From Thermoanaerobaculia bacterium (GTDB taxonomy: Bacteria; Acidobacteriota; Thermoanaerobaculia; Multivoradales; JAIOJS01): 64,000 nucleotides of DNA. The notes below the pieces were generated by a model that had not been told where the DNA came from, made no database searches, and saw only the letters and a program-made list of their open reading frames with translations. This document shows, in pieces, positions 44,037-52,953 of the stretch. The stretch lies in NCBI GenBank assembly GCA_036005845.1, contig DASYQD010000018.1:13333-77332 (forward strand), in the 5' to 3' direction. The position numbers and the translations under genes were made by a program. Position 1 is the first letter of the stretch, and the number at the start of each line of letters is the position of its first letter.

Positions 44037-46001
44037 ATGGCCGAAGATCCCCATCAGGAAGAAGCCCTCGGCAAGGCCTACGACGCGCATCTGATGCGCC
44101 GGCTGGTGGCGTACGTCCGCCCCTACCGCGGACAGATGGCGCTCGCCGTCGCGCTCATCGTGCTCTCCTCGGTGCTCGACCTGGTCGGGCCGCTGGCCAC
44201 GGCGGTCGCGCTCGACCTCTTCGTGAAACCGGCCGGCGGCGGCACGGTGTCCGGCCTGTCGCGCTGGGTGCTCGGCCGGCTCGCGGCAGCCGGGCTCCAT
44301 CCCGATCGCGCGACCGGCCTCGCTTGGTGCGGCGTCGTCTACCTGGTGTCGCTGCTGTCGACCTTCGGCGTCCTCTACTGGCAGTCGTACGTGATGCAGC
44401 TCATGGGGCAGCGCATCATGCGCGACCTGCGGCGCGAGGTGTTCGCGAAGTTGCAGCGCCTGCAGGTGGCGTTCTTCGACCGCAACCCGGTGGGGCGGCT
44501 GGTGACGCGCGCGACGACCGACGTCGATGCGCTCAACGAGCTGTTCACGGCGGGCCTGGTGTCGGTGTTCGGCGACGTGGTCACGCTGCTCGGCATTGTC
44601 TGCGTGCTATTCGCGCTCAACTGGCGCTTGGCGCTGGTGACGTTCTCGATCCTGCCGCTGCTGCTGCTCATCACGCTCTGGTTCAAGGCGCGGGCGCGCG
44701 ACATGTACCGCCAAGTGCGGGTCTGGATCGCGCGCATCAACGCCTACCTGCAGGAACACATCAGCGGTATGGCGGTGGTGCAGCTCTTCGGCCGCGAGGA
44801 GCCGGCGCTCGCCGAGTTCCGCGCCATCAACAAGACCCACCGCGACGTCAACGTCAAGACGATCTTCTATTACGCCGTATACTACCCGGCCGTCGAGCTA
44901 ACGACGTCGCTCGGCCTGGCGCTCATCATCTGGTACGGCGGCGGCCGCGTGCTGGCGGGCGCGCTCTCCATCGGCGCCCTCGTCGCCTTCTTCCAGTACG
45001 CGCAGCGCTTCTACGAGCCGATCTCCGACCTCTCCGACAAGTACAACATCCTGCAGGCGGCGATGGCGTCGTCGGAGCGCATCTTCAAGCTGCTCGACTC
45101 GCCGGTGGAGATCGCGACGCCGGCGGCGCCTTACGAGCCTGAGGCGCTGCCGGCGCTGCCGAGCGCCGCCGCGGCGACCGTGCCTGCCGGCCCGCGTGCC
45201 CGCGCCGTGCGCGGCGAGGTCGAGCTCGACCACGTTTCGTTCGAGTACAAGGCGGGCGAGCCGGTGCTGCGCGACGTCTCCTTCCGCATCGAGCCCGGGC
45301 AGTCGGTAGCGGTAGTCGGCCACACCGGCGCCGGCAAGAGCACGCTGGCGAGCCTGCTGCTGCGCTTCTACGACCCGCAGGCGGGGAGCGTGCGCGTTGA
45401 TGGCGTCGACGTGCGGCAATGGGACCTCGGAACGCTGCGGCGCAGCATCGCGATGGTGCTGCAGGATGTCTTCCTGTTCGCCGGCAACTTGGCCGACAAC
45501 GTCACGTTGGGCGATCCGGCGATCAGCGGCGAGCGCCTGCGCTGGGCGGCGCGCGAGGCGCGCGCGTTGGACTTCATCGAGCGCCTGCCGCAAGGCTTCG
45601 ACACCGCGGTGCAGGAGCGCGGCGCGGGGCTGTCGGTGGGGCAGAAGCAGCTCGTGTCGTTCGCGCGGGCGCTGGCGTTCGACCCTGCGATCCTGATCTT
45701 GGACGAGGCGACGTCATCGGTCGACACCGAAACGGAGCAGCGCATCCAGGAGGCGCTCGATCGGCTGCTGGTCGGCCGCACGAGCCTGGTCATCGCGCAC
45801 CGCCTGTCGACCGTGCAACGCTGCGACCGCATCCTCGTCATGCACAAAGGCGAGCTCCGCGAGTTCGGCACGCATCAAGAGCTCCTCGCCCGCCGCGGTA
45901 TCTACTACCGCCTGTATTTGCTGCAGTACCGCGACCAGCTCGGAGGGGAAGTCGGCCCCGCGCCGGATGTGGCGCTGCCGGGTGTAACGTCGCCGCCATG
46001 A
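44037..46001 (+). CDS. ABC exporter, fused permease-ATPase (MsbA/lipid-export-like family)
   Basis: 6-TM domain then NBD with Walker A GHTGAGKST, signature LSVGQKQ, Walker B ILILDEATS. Confidence 0.85.
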   Translation: MAEDPHQEEALGKAYDAHLMRRLVAYVRPYRGQMALAVALIVLSSVLDLVGPLATAVALDLFVKPAGGGTVSGLSRWVLGRLAAAGLHPDRATGLAWCGVVYLVSLLSTFGVLYWQSYVMQLMGQRIMRDLRREVFAKLQRLQVAFFDRNPVGRLVTRATTDVDALNELFTAGLVSVFGDVVTLLGIVCVLFALNWRLALVTFSILPLLLLITLWFKARARDMYRQVRVWIARINAYLQEHISGMAVVQLFGREEPALAEFRAINKTHRDVNVKTIFYYAVYYPAVELTTSLGLALIIWYGGGRVLAGALSIGALVAFFQYAQRFYEPISDLSDKYNILQAAMASSERIFKLLDSPVEIATPAAPYEPEALPALPSAAAATVPAGPRARAVRGEVELDHVSFEYKAGEPVLRDVSFRIEPGQSVAVVGHTGAGKSTLASLLLRFYDPQAGSVRVDGVDVRQWDLGTLRRSIAMVLQDVFLFAGNLADNVTLGDPAISGERLRWAAREARALDFIERLPQGFDTAVQERGAGLSVGQKQLVSFARALAFDPAILILDEATSSVDTETEQRIQEALDRLLVGRTSLVIAHRLSTVQRCDRILVMHKGELREFGTHQELLARRGIYYRLYLLQYRDQLGGEVGPAPDVALPGVTSPP

Positions 46002-46549
46002 GCGAAACCGTGGCGACGCAGCCGGCCGAGGACCTGCGCTATCCGGTGGGAGAGTGGGACCGGCAGCCGGCTGCGGATCCCGCGGCGGTGGCCGCAGCGA
46101 TCGCGACGATCGAGGCGCTGCCGACGCGGCTGCGCGAGGCGGTCGCCGGCCTCGACGACGCGCAGCTCGACACCCCCTACCGCCCAGGCGGCTGGACCGT
46201 CCGGCAGCTCGTCCACCACGTCGCCGACAGCCACCTCAACGCCTACATCCGCTGCAAGTTCGCCCTCACCGAAGACCGGCCGGCGATCAAAGCGTACGAA
46301 GAGAAGCTCTGGGCGGAGCTACCAGAGGCGAAGAGCGCGCCGGTCGAGGTCTCGCTGAAGCTGCTCGAGGCGCTCCACGAGCGATGGGTGCTCGCCCTGC
46401 GCGCGCTCGGGGAAGCGGAGCTCGATCGCCCCTACGTGCACCCCGAGATTGGCGAAATGCCCCTGCGCGCCATGCTGGGAATGTACGCCTGGCACAGCCG
46501 CCATCACGTCGCGCATGTCACGGGGTTCCGGCGGCGACAGGGCTGGTAG
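45998..46549 (+). CDS. DinB/YfiT-like metal-dependent hydrolase family protein
   Basis: 183 aa (WTVRQLVHHVADSHLNAY...AWHSRHHVAH). Start ATG overlaps the ABC gene stop (ATGA). Confidence 0.65.
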   Translation: MSETVATQPAEDLRYPVGEWDRQPAADPAAVAAAIATIEALPTRLREAVAGLDDAQLDTPYRPGGWTVRQLVHHVADSHLNAYIRCKFALTEDRPAIKAYEEKLWAELPEAKSAPVEVSLKLLEALHERWVLALRALGEAELDRPYVHPEIGEMPLRAMLGMYAWHSRHHVAHVTGFRRRQGW

Positions 46550-46713
46550 GTGGCTGTTCGCAGGTTGACCAGGTGTACGTCATACGAGGGCTAGGAGCAT
46601 TCCCGCGCCGTGCCGCGCGCCCGCACAGTTCAGATCCGGCCGTCATCGCTACGACGCGAGCGACCTAGAACTGGAGCCTTTGAGACGCCAGCACTCAGAA
46701 CACCGCAGCGCTC

Positions 46714-47508
46714 CTATTGTGTCTCGGAGGCCGGCTGGTCAACACAAGCATACGGCTGGCACCGATCCCACAGATCCTCGAAATAGGTCTCGAAGAGCGC
46801 GTAGATAGAGGGTTGACCCTGACTCATCTTTCTGCACTCGATCACAGGTGCGTGCTCCTCGTTTTGCTTGCGCACGATGTAAGGTACGATAAAAAGTACT
46901 TCGTCCAAGAAGAAAAGCCGCCAGAGATACGGCTCCCGATGGCAGCGAACCTCGATGGCAATTCCTTCCATCACCAATGCCTGAATGTTAGTCAAAGTGT
47001 AGGCGACAGCCGCCATCCAACTCTCGTAGCTACTGCCGAGGTCCTTCGCCCGCTGCCGAGTGAATTGATCAGAGTTCTTTCCGGCGCACAGCACCCGAAT
47101 CGTTTCATCTGATCGTTTCTTCAGGCGAGCCGCATCGAATAGTAGCGCCTTATCGTGCCCTCCCAAGATGTTCCGCCCAAGTTGGATGAGGATTCGCGAG
47201 GTCTTTGCTCTCGAAAAGTTGTCTCGAATTGCGTTCTCGGCATGCCGAAAGTTCGGATAGAACCGCACAAAGCCGAAAGCACCTCCAGCTCGCCGCGCCC
47301 AGTAGGCAGACAGGCGATCGAGGAGTGCATCGCGGAGCTGTCGCCGCAGCGCGACTACGACGATCATGGCCAAAGTTATGCCGGTTGCGGCGGTTAGCCA
47401 AGGATCTCCAAGAGGCCTGCCAAACGCCTTCATTAGCGCGTAGACTACCGCCGCGAGCAAGGCGACTACCGCCGCAGAAAGGAGATCACTCAGAAGTTCT
47501 TTCTTCAT
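46714..47508 (-). CDS. 2-TM membrane protein with ~200-aa cytoplasmic domain of unknown family
   Basis: ATG at 47508 (MKKELLSDLLSAAVVALLAAVVYALM...) is preceded by AAGGG. 264 aa. Last gene of the minus-strand island operon. Confidence 0.5.
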   Translation of the reverse strand: MKKELLSDLLSAAVVALLAAVVYALMKAFGRPLGDPWLTAATGITLAMIVVVALRRQLRDALLDRLSAYWARRAGGAFGFVRFYPNFRHAENAIRDNFSRAKTSRILIQLGRNILGGHDKALLFDAARLKKRSDETIRVLCAGKNSDQFTRQRAKDLGSSYESWMAAVAYTLTNIQALVMEGIAIEVRCHREPYLWRLFFLDEVLFIVPYIVRKQNEEHAPVIECRKMSQGQPSIYALFETYFEDLWDRCQPYACVDQPASETQ

Positions 47509-48973
47509 TGCTGGCCCTTTGTTTGCGGAGCCAAAGAATCGCCGGTCGCGCATCGTACTGGCCCGTTCCAATCAGCTCTAAGTAATGCGACAGTGGCACA
47601 TGCTCCAGGCTTGGCCCTAGATGCGCGATAAAGTCATTAAGCGTGAGGCCATTTTCGTCGAGCATCTGCTGCAATAGCTGCCGCCCGGTCGCCACATCGG
47701 CAGTCTCAGACGCGGACGGTCGCGCTGGCTCTCGGACCTTGTAGTCTTCGTGGGACGCCTCGCCGAACTCTGCGACCGCGTGCATGCCGAGCGTCCGCGT
47801 CTGAATTTCTGCCAATCCGACATCACCGCCCCTCGCGGTCGAGGCAACCCAGTGCAACGACTGGTAACCATTACTCTTCGGGCGAGCGATGTAGTCCGAA
47901 AATCCCCGTGGACTGTTCCAGCGGGTCAAAAGCGCGCTTAGAACGTCAACAAACTTGTAACAGGTGCTTGGATTCCTGTCATCGATAACCGCTCGGTAGC
48001 CAATGCTGTCCCAGAGACCAGATACCGGGACTTCGTACCGTAGTGATTTCTGGTAGGCGCTGAAGACCGACTTCGTCCTACGCTGCAAGACGACACGAGT
48101 CGGTGACAACTCTGCAGCCGCGAGCTCAAGTGCCTGTTCCACCTCGCAGAGAAAGCGACTTCCGGGCAGGGCCTCGTCAAGGTCTTGGCGCGTCTCGGCA
48201 AATATCTGTGGATCGACTTCCGCAAATGCCAAATCGCGCAAGTCTCTCGCTCTGTCCCCGAAGCGGTGCTCCCCGACCAGAAGGGGCAGGACTCGGAGAG
48301 CGAAGCTCGCCAACTCAGCCCGCAAGGCTGTCGGCACTTCGAGAGCTGATACTTCCGAGACGGAGGCTACCACTGTGCTGAAGAAGAGAAGAATATAGAC
48401 GGCCTCCCTCTCTGCTTGGCTTGGATCGAGCGAGCTACGAAGCTGCTGCCGAAGAAAGCCCGCAGCATCGATGGCGGCGCGGGATACGGGCAGGTGTGGC
48501 GGCGGCGATTCGGCGGAAACCGATCGCGCCGCGCGCAATGCCCGGCGAAGGCTTTCCTGGAATGGTCCGTAAAAGAACGCCGCTATCCGGAGTCCAGCGC
48601 GCGCGCGCGCGGATAGCTCTCGAGTCGTCGATCCTCTCGCTTTGTGTGCGAGCTCGTGTCCGGCCAGACATAAAATTTCAAGAAGCTCCAAATCCAGCGC
48701 GAAGAAGCCGGGCTGAAAGCTGCTGGTGTCCGCGCCGAAGTCCATAAAAAGACGCCAGACCGCCCTAGACGAATAGAGAGGGAGTTTCAGGCCAGCCAAT
48801 TCCCTCAGCTGGATAGGGACCTGTCGAATTTCCTCGAGAAAGCCACCCTGGGGATAAAGCTCCCGGCAGAGCTCAGACTGCTCGAGCTCTTCCAAGTGCG
48901 CCAGTTCGCGGGCGAGCCAGGGATGATCGTTCCGCGCCACAGACAACCAATTGCGGTCTAAGGAGACAATCAT
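47486..48973 (-). CDS. fusion protein: N-terminal HEXXH metallopeptidase-like domain + C-terminal RelA/SpoT (RSH) nucleotidyl/pyrophosphotransferase domain
   Basis: ILCLAGHELAHKARG (HEXXH) at residues ~105-115. C-terminal DSIGYRAV.., GYQSLHWV, EIQTRTLGMHAVAEFGEASHEDYK match RSH synthetase motifs. 495 aa. Confidence 0.7.
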   Translation of the reverse strand: MIVSLDRNWLSVARNDHPWLARELAHLEELEQSELCRELYPQGGFLEEIRQVPIQLRELAGLKLPLYSSRAVWRLFMDFGADTSSFQPGFFALDLELLEILCLAGHELAHKARGSTTRELSARARAGLRIAAFFYGPFQESLRRALRAARSVSAESPPPHLPVSRAAIDAAGFLRQQLRSSLDPSQAEREAVYILLFFSTVVASVSEVSALEVPTALRAELASFALRVLPLLVGEHRFGDRARDLRDLAFAEVDPQIFAETRQDLDEALPGSRFLCEVEQALELAAAELSPTRVVLQRRTKSVFSAYQKSLRYEVPVSGLWDSIGYRAVIDDRNPSTCYKFVDVLSALLTRWNSPRGFSDYIARPKSNGYQSLHWVASTARGGDVGLAEIQTRTLGMHAVAEFGEASHEDYKVREPARPSASETADVATGRQLLQQMLDENGLTLNDFIAHLGPSLEHVPLSHYLELIGTGQYDARPAILWLRKQRASNEERTSE

Positions 48974-49117
48974 GCCGTCTCTATCTTGGGTCCAATCAGG
49001 TTATTGCTTGTTTGTTGTTTGCTCGAAGTCGGCTCTCGGTCAGGATGCTACAAACCTCTACGCGTGAGATGCGCGCCGATAGTCCTCAGCAAAGAACGCG
49101 GCCGGACTCAGCGCCGC

Positions 49118-49483
49118 TCAGGACATACTAGACAGTTGAGCCATGAGCGAAACGACCAATCCAGCGACCTCCTCGGCCTCGTGCCCACGCCCGCTAAAAA
49201 GATGGAACCGCTTAAAGTATTCTAGCACGTCGGATTTCTGCAGGCGCCGAGCAGAAAGAGCGTATGGAAGGTAGTTGACTGATACGCCTCTCAAAAGGCG
49301 CGTATAGCTCCTGGTGGTCAGCCGACGAGCGGCATACTGAACGAGAAAGGCCTCATGCTCGCTGAGAGCATGCTCGAGGTCGGCGATCGTTGCTACGTTA
49401 AACAAGAGAAAGTGGTCGGTGTGGCCTGCGGCAACACCAGATAGTACAAGCCTATCCAGGAGGACTGAAGCAGCCTCGGCCAT
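49118..49483 (-). CDS. hypothetical protein (121 aa)
   Basis: ORF lies between the two RSH genes and overlaps the upstream gene by 90 nt. Coding status uncertain. Confidence 0.3.
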   Translation of the reverse strand: MAEAASVLLDRLVLSGVAAGHTDHFLLFNVATIADLEHALSEHEAFLVQYAARRLTTRSYTRLLRGVSVNYLPYALSARRLQKSDVLEYFKRFHLFSGRGHEAEEVAGLVVSLMAQLSSMS

Positions 49484-50226
49484 CGCACGTCTATTCTAGC
49501 GACCAGCGGACTCGCCCGGATGAAGCGGTCGAGAGAGTCCGCATCAATTGTGACCTCGCCAGGACTGACCTGAATGTCACTATCCAAGGCGGCCCGATAG
49601 CCGTGCAATGTATCGCGAAGACGCGAAAACTCTTGATCAGCAAGCTCAAGAAGACCGGCAATCCTTGAGAACGCTCGCTGTGCCTGTCGCGGCACAGCAT
49701 TCCTGGTCTTGTATCCGAGATCATGGTGGATCTCGGCCCAGGAGTGTTGGAGAATGGATCTGATTTGTATCTCTGCCTTAAGGTCTCGAAACCGCCTATA
49801 CTCTGGAAGATCTATCCTGGATTCTCCCAGCGACACAACGTAGTGCACGGAGAGATACCCAAACCGGTCTGGATCCAAGATCGCTCTCTTGTCGACCGAA
49901 TTGTCAGTGTCCACTTCGAACTCTTCCTGTACAAGCTCTGCGATTCTGTCCACGTCGTCCGCAAAGTAGGTGATCAGGCGAATTCCGGCCAGGTCAGTGA
50001 TCTCGTCGAGCGATTGATACGCGGACGGATGTCTTTGTAGTTTTAGCGAGAGCGACTCGGCTGTCTTCGGACGTCCGGTTATTGAGTGAATTGCTGAAGC
50101 AGTGGGCTCTATGAGCCTTTGAAGGAGACTTGTCATCTCCGTAGCGAAGCGGGCGTAGATTTGGAACCTGTGCTGATACTCGCCAAGGATCGCCTCAGGG
50201 CGGCGGGGCGCCAACGACAGATTCAT
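49393..50226 (-). CDS. RelA/SpoT-domain small alarmone synthetase-like protein
   Basis: ITDLAGIRLITYF, GYLSVHYVV, LKAEIQIRSILQHSWAEIHHDLGYK are canonical (p)ppGpp-synthetase-fold motifs. 277 aa, no HD hydrolase domain. Confidence 0.8.
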   Translation of the reverse strand: MNLSLAPRRPEAILGEYQHRFQIYARFATEMTSLLQRLIEPTASAIHSITGRPKTAESLSLKLQRHPSAYQSLDEITDLAGIRLITYFADDVDRIAELVQEEFEVDTDNSVDKRAILDPDRFGYLSVHYVVSLGESRIDLPEYRRFRDLKAEIQIRSILQHSWAEIHHDLGYKTRNAVPRQAQRAFSRIAGLLELADQEFSRLRDTLHGYRAALDSDIQVSPGEVTIDADSLDRFIRASPLVARIDVRWPRLLQSSWIGLYYLVLPQATPTTFSCLT

Positions 50227-50277
50227 GACCTCAGCAAGGGATGGTCGGTGAGGCGTCGGCGGCCCGGCTGTAATCTG

Positions 50278-50317
50278 GGCCGCCGGCGGGGCTGCGCGGC
50301 CGCCGGCAGGGCTGCGC
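50278..50317. repeat. 20-bp tandem direct repeat x2 (GGCCGCCGGC[G/A]GGGCTGCGC) upstream of the RSH gene
   Basis: Two adjacent units differing at one position, 50-90 nt upstream of the start at 50226. Confidence 0.55.
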
Positions 50318-50889
50318 TAGCATTGCCAGTGAGAGCAAAATGATGATTGGGGCTGCCTGACATGTGCTTAGAGCACCACCAACGGAGGCGACAAGACCGG
50401 CGCACCCGGCCAGCGTCCCCCTTCTGCTTCCGAGAGAGTGACGATGTTGCCCATCCTACGGCGGCCAAATGCGCGTCGCTGAGACGAGAGAGGCTCGCCC
50501 GCTCTCCCATATGGCCTCGTGGCTGGCTTCTGCCATTCCTACTTAGACGGACGCGGGGACGCGATTTCCCCGCCGACGAAGGCCTCACCTTCGACGTGAC
50601 TGTAGTAGTTAGGAGTCTGCGCGAGGTTCTTTGTCACCTGCGTGCGCTGCCCCGCGTTGACCGAGGGCCTGAGGATCCCGAGGCGCGATGCATGGATCGG
50701 ACGATTTGCACAGCCTCTCGGGAGACCTCCCGTTTCCACTAGACGACGGAGCCTGCGGGCCTTGGCAGGATTCCGTGGCCGGAGGTCGCCTTTCCGGCGA
50801 TCTTTGGTCGCCTCGGCTCGCTCGCGGAGAGCGCGCTGAGAGCCTGGTGTTTATTGCTATCCGCGGACGGGCCTGCCGGATCAGGATCC

Positions 50890-51191
50890 GCCGGGCGGAC
50901 TTGCTGCATGGGATGTGATTTCTGGTGCGGCCCGCCTCGGCGCGCGGGTGTTCGGCGTCAGCACAGGACACTCCCTATCAGCGGGGGGGCGTCGAGCGCC
51001 TGCACCTGCCTTACGAGCTGCTCAGCGATGCGCGGCTCGAGCTCGCCGGTGCGCTTCGGTTGCCGACCTTATCGGTGGCGGGGCACACCGTGATCAGGCG
51101 GCTGACTCTGATCGGACGGCACGGTCGGATCGAGACCTGCTTGTACCCGGTCTTTCTGCCGGACGCGGATGCCCACAGCGTCCTAGGGTAG
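50890..51191 (+). pseudogene. 5'-truncated, frameshifted peroxiredoxin (Bcp/AhpC-TSA family) remnant
   Basis: C-terminal frame: ERLHLPYELLSDARLELAGALRL...RRLTLIGRHGRIETCLY. An upstream adjacent frame reads ARVFGVSTGHS. The catalytic Cys region is absent. Confidence 0.45.
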
Positions 51192-51262
51192 ATTGCCAAG
51201 GCCGGCGCCTGAGGGACCATCGAGCACCCGTCGGCGCCGGCGACAACCAGGAGAGAGCAGCG

Positions 51263-51688
51263 ATGGCGAGAGTGACCGGGATCGGCGGTGTGTTCTTCAA
51301 GAGCAGGGGCGACCACAAGGCCGTGGCGGCCTGGTATCAGAAGCACCTGGGCATGGCGCCCGAGCCTTGGGGCGGCGTGATCCTCAAGTGGCCGGAGGAC
51401 AAAGCCGCGGACGGGGGTCTTACCGTTTGGCATGTCGCCGGCAGCGACAGCAAGTGGTTCAGCCCCAGCGAGTCGTCCTTCATGATCAATTACCGCGTCG
51501 ACGATCTCGACGGGCTGCTCGCGCAGCTGCGCGCCGACGGAGTGGAAGTCGTGGGCGAGCCGCAGTCGGATGACAACGGCAAGTTCGCCTGGATCCTGGA
51601 CCCGGACGGCAACAAGGTCGAGCTCTGGCAGCCCATGAGCGGCAAAGACGAGAACCAGGAGGACGCCGCCGCGAAGCCGCAAGCGTAG
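51263..51688 (+). CDS. VOC-family (glyoxalase/bleomycin-resistance fold) protein
   Basis: 141 aa. RBS AGGAGAGAG upstream of the ATG. Confidence 0.7.
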   Translation: MARVTGIGGVFFKSRGDHKAVAAWYQKHLGMAPEPWGGVILKWPEDKAADGGLTVWHVAGSDSKWFSPSESSFMINYRVDDLDGLLAQLRADGVEVVGEPQSDDNGKFAWILDPDGNKVELWQPMSGKDENQEDAAAKPQA

Positions 51689-51749
51689 GGCCCGCCGCCA
51701 AGGTGCGTGCCCTTCCGCGCGTTGCGCGCTGACGCGCAGTTACCACTCC

Positions 51750-52241
51750 ATGAGGCCGAACCGTCGTCCGCTCGCGCTGCATCGTCGTCTGCCGGCGCTG
51801 AATCGTCATCTGCTCGTGCTCGGCGCGCTCGCTCTGCTTCTTTCCTCGTTCGCCTGCCGCCACGGCAGCTCCACGGAGCCTGGCGCCCGCACGCTCTTTC
51901 TCGTCTACAGCGAGCCCTCCTCGTTTCCGCCGCCGGGCGACCCGGGCTGTACCCACCACAACGCCCCGGCGTTTCTGCACGCGATGACGGATTGGGGTGG
52001 CGCCGGCACGCTCCAGCCGCGAGAGGGCCGGGTGCACTCGCTGCTGTTCGACGCGCCGCCTCCCGGCGAGCACTGGCTCCAGGTCTTTGACTATCGGTTC
52101 TGCGCCACGGGTTGCCCGATCGCGGTCGAGGGTCTCTCCATCAACAGCGTGCAGCTACGGCGAGTCTCGCCGTCCGGCGGCGCATCGTCGTGTCCGGTCG
52201 TGTGGTTCAGCCTCGGCTCCCACGGCTCGGTCTCGCCCTAG
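51750..52241 (+). CDS. putative lipoprotein, unknown function
   Basis: Signal peptide with lipobox-like LLSSFAC. 163 aa. Confidence 0.4.
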   Translation: MRPNRRPLALHRRLPALNRHLLVLGALALLLSSFACRHGSSTEPGARTLFLVYSEPSSFPPPGDPGCTHHNAPAFLHAMTDWGGAGTLQPREGRVHSLLFDAPPPGEHWLQVFDYRFCATGCPIAVEGLSINSVQLRRVSPSGGASSCPVVWFSLGSHGSVSP

Positions 52242-52245
52242 TTTC

Positions 52246-52884
52246 TTACCGCGGTGAGGCGGGAGCCGCGGGCAGCTCCTGCAGCACCTTGCCGTCGGAG
52301 TCGAGGAACTGGATCGACGCGGCGCCTTCCGGGGCAACCTTCAAGACCAGGCGCTGCTTCCCCCCCGCATCGGCGAGCGCCAGTTGCGCGACGCCGTCAT
52401 CGCCGCGGCCCACGAAGACGCGTCGTTGGTTCGGTCCGCCGGGCGGGCTGTCTCGGATGATGAGCCCGGCCCGCCGCACTTCGTGGTCGTTGACGCCCAT
52501 GAGCTGCACTTCCTGGCTCGCACCGTAGCGATCGAAGGTGAGGCTGCCGCCGGCGTCGGCCACCTCGCCCTTTTCGTTCTTGTGCCCCGCGAAGATGAGG
52601 CCGCCGTTCTCGCTGCCTTCGTCGTTGAGGAAGATGAGCCCGGCATACGGCCGGGGCTCGCTCGCCGTTTCCTTGCCGTGCACGTACACGCCCGGCAGGC
52701 GCGTGCGATCGCTGATGACCAGCCGCAGGGTCCCGTCGGGCTCGACGACGTTGATGCGCTGCACGTCGATCTCGTCGAAGCTCGGGTGCTTCGCGGGTGC
52801 GGCGGCGAGCAGCACCGTACCCGCGAGGACCACGGTCAGAACGCCGGAATAGACGACTAGGAACCTCTCGCCTCTCTTGGCCAT
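52246..52884 (-). CDS. hypothetical secreted/periplasmic protein
   Basis: 212 aa, N-terminal hydrophobic anchor, no recognised motifs. Confidence 0.4.
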   Translation of the reverse strand: MAKRGERFLVVYSGVLTVVLAGTVLLAAAPAKHPSFDEIDVQRINVVEPDGTLRLVISDRTRLPGVYVHGKETASEPRPYAGLIFLNDEGSENGGLIFAGHKNEKGEVADAGGSLTFDRYGASQEVQLMGVNDHEVRRAGLIIRDSPPGGPNQRRVFVGRGDDGVAQLALADAGGKQRLVLKVAPEGAASIQFLDSDGKVLQELPAAPASPR

Positions 52885-52953
52885 GGCTGTCTCCTTCGTT
52901 GACCGCCAAGAGAGTGTATGGCTGGGATGCGGGCGTGCCCGCGCGGGCCGGTG

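Larger units (their letters stand above)
46560..50350. mobile_element. low-GC accessory island carrying two RelA/SpoT-synthetase-domain genes (boundaries approximate; no integrase/att identified)
   Basis: GC falls to ~50% (vs ~70% in flanks). Gene content is atypical for the core genome. Flanked by a degraded peroxiredoxin pseudogene and ~500 bp of non-coding DNA. Confidence 0.4.

Noticed and set aside
51737-51752. hairpin TGCGCG-CTGA-CGCGCA after the VOC gene
   Set aside because: Perfect but short stem and no T-run. Possibly a terminator in a high-GC organism, but unsupported.
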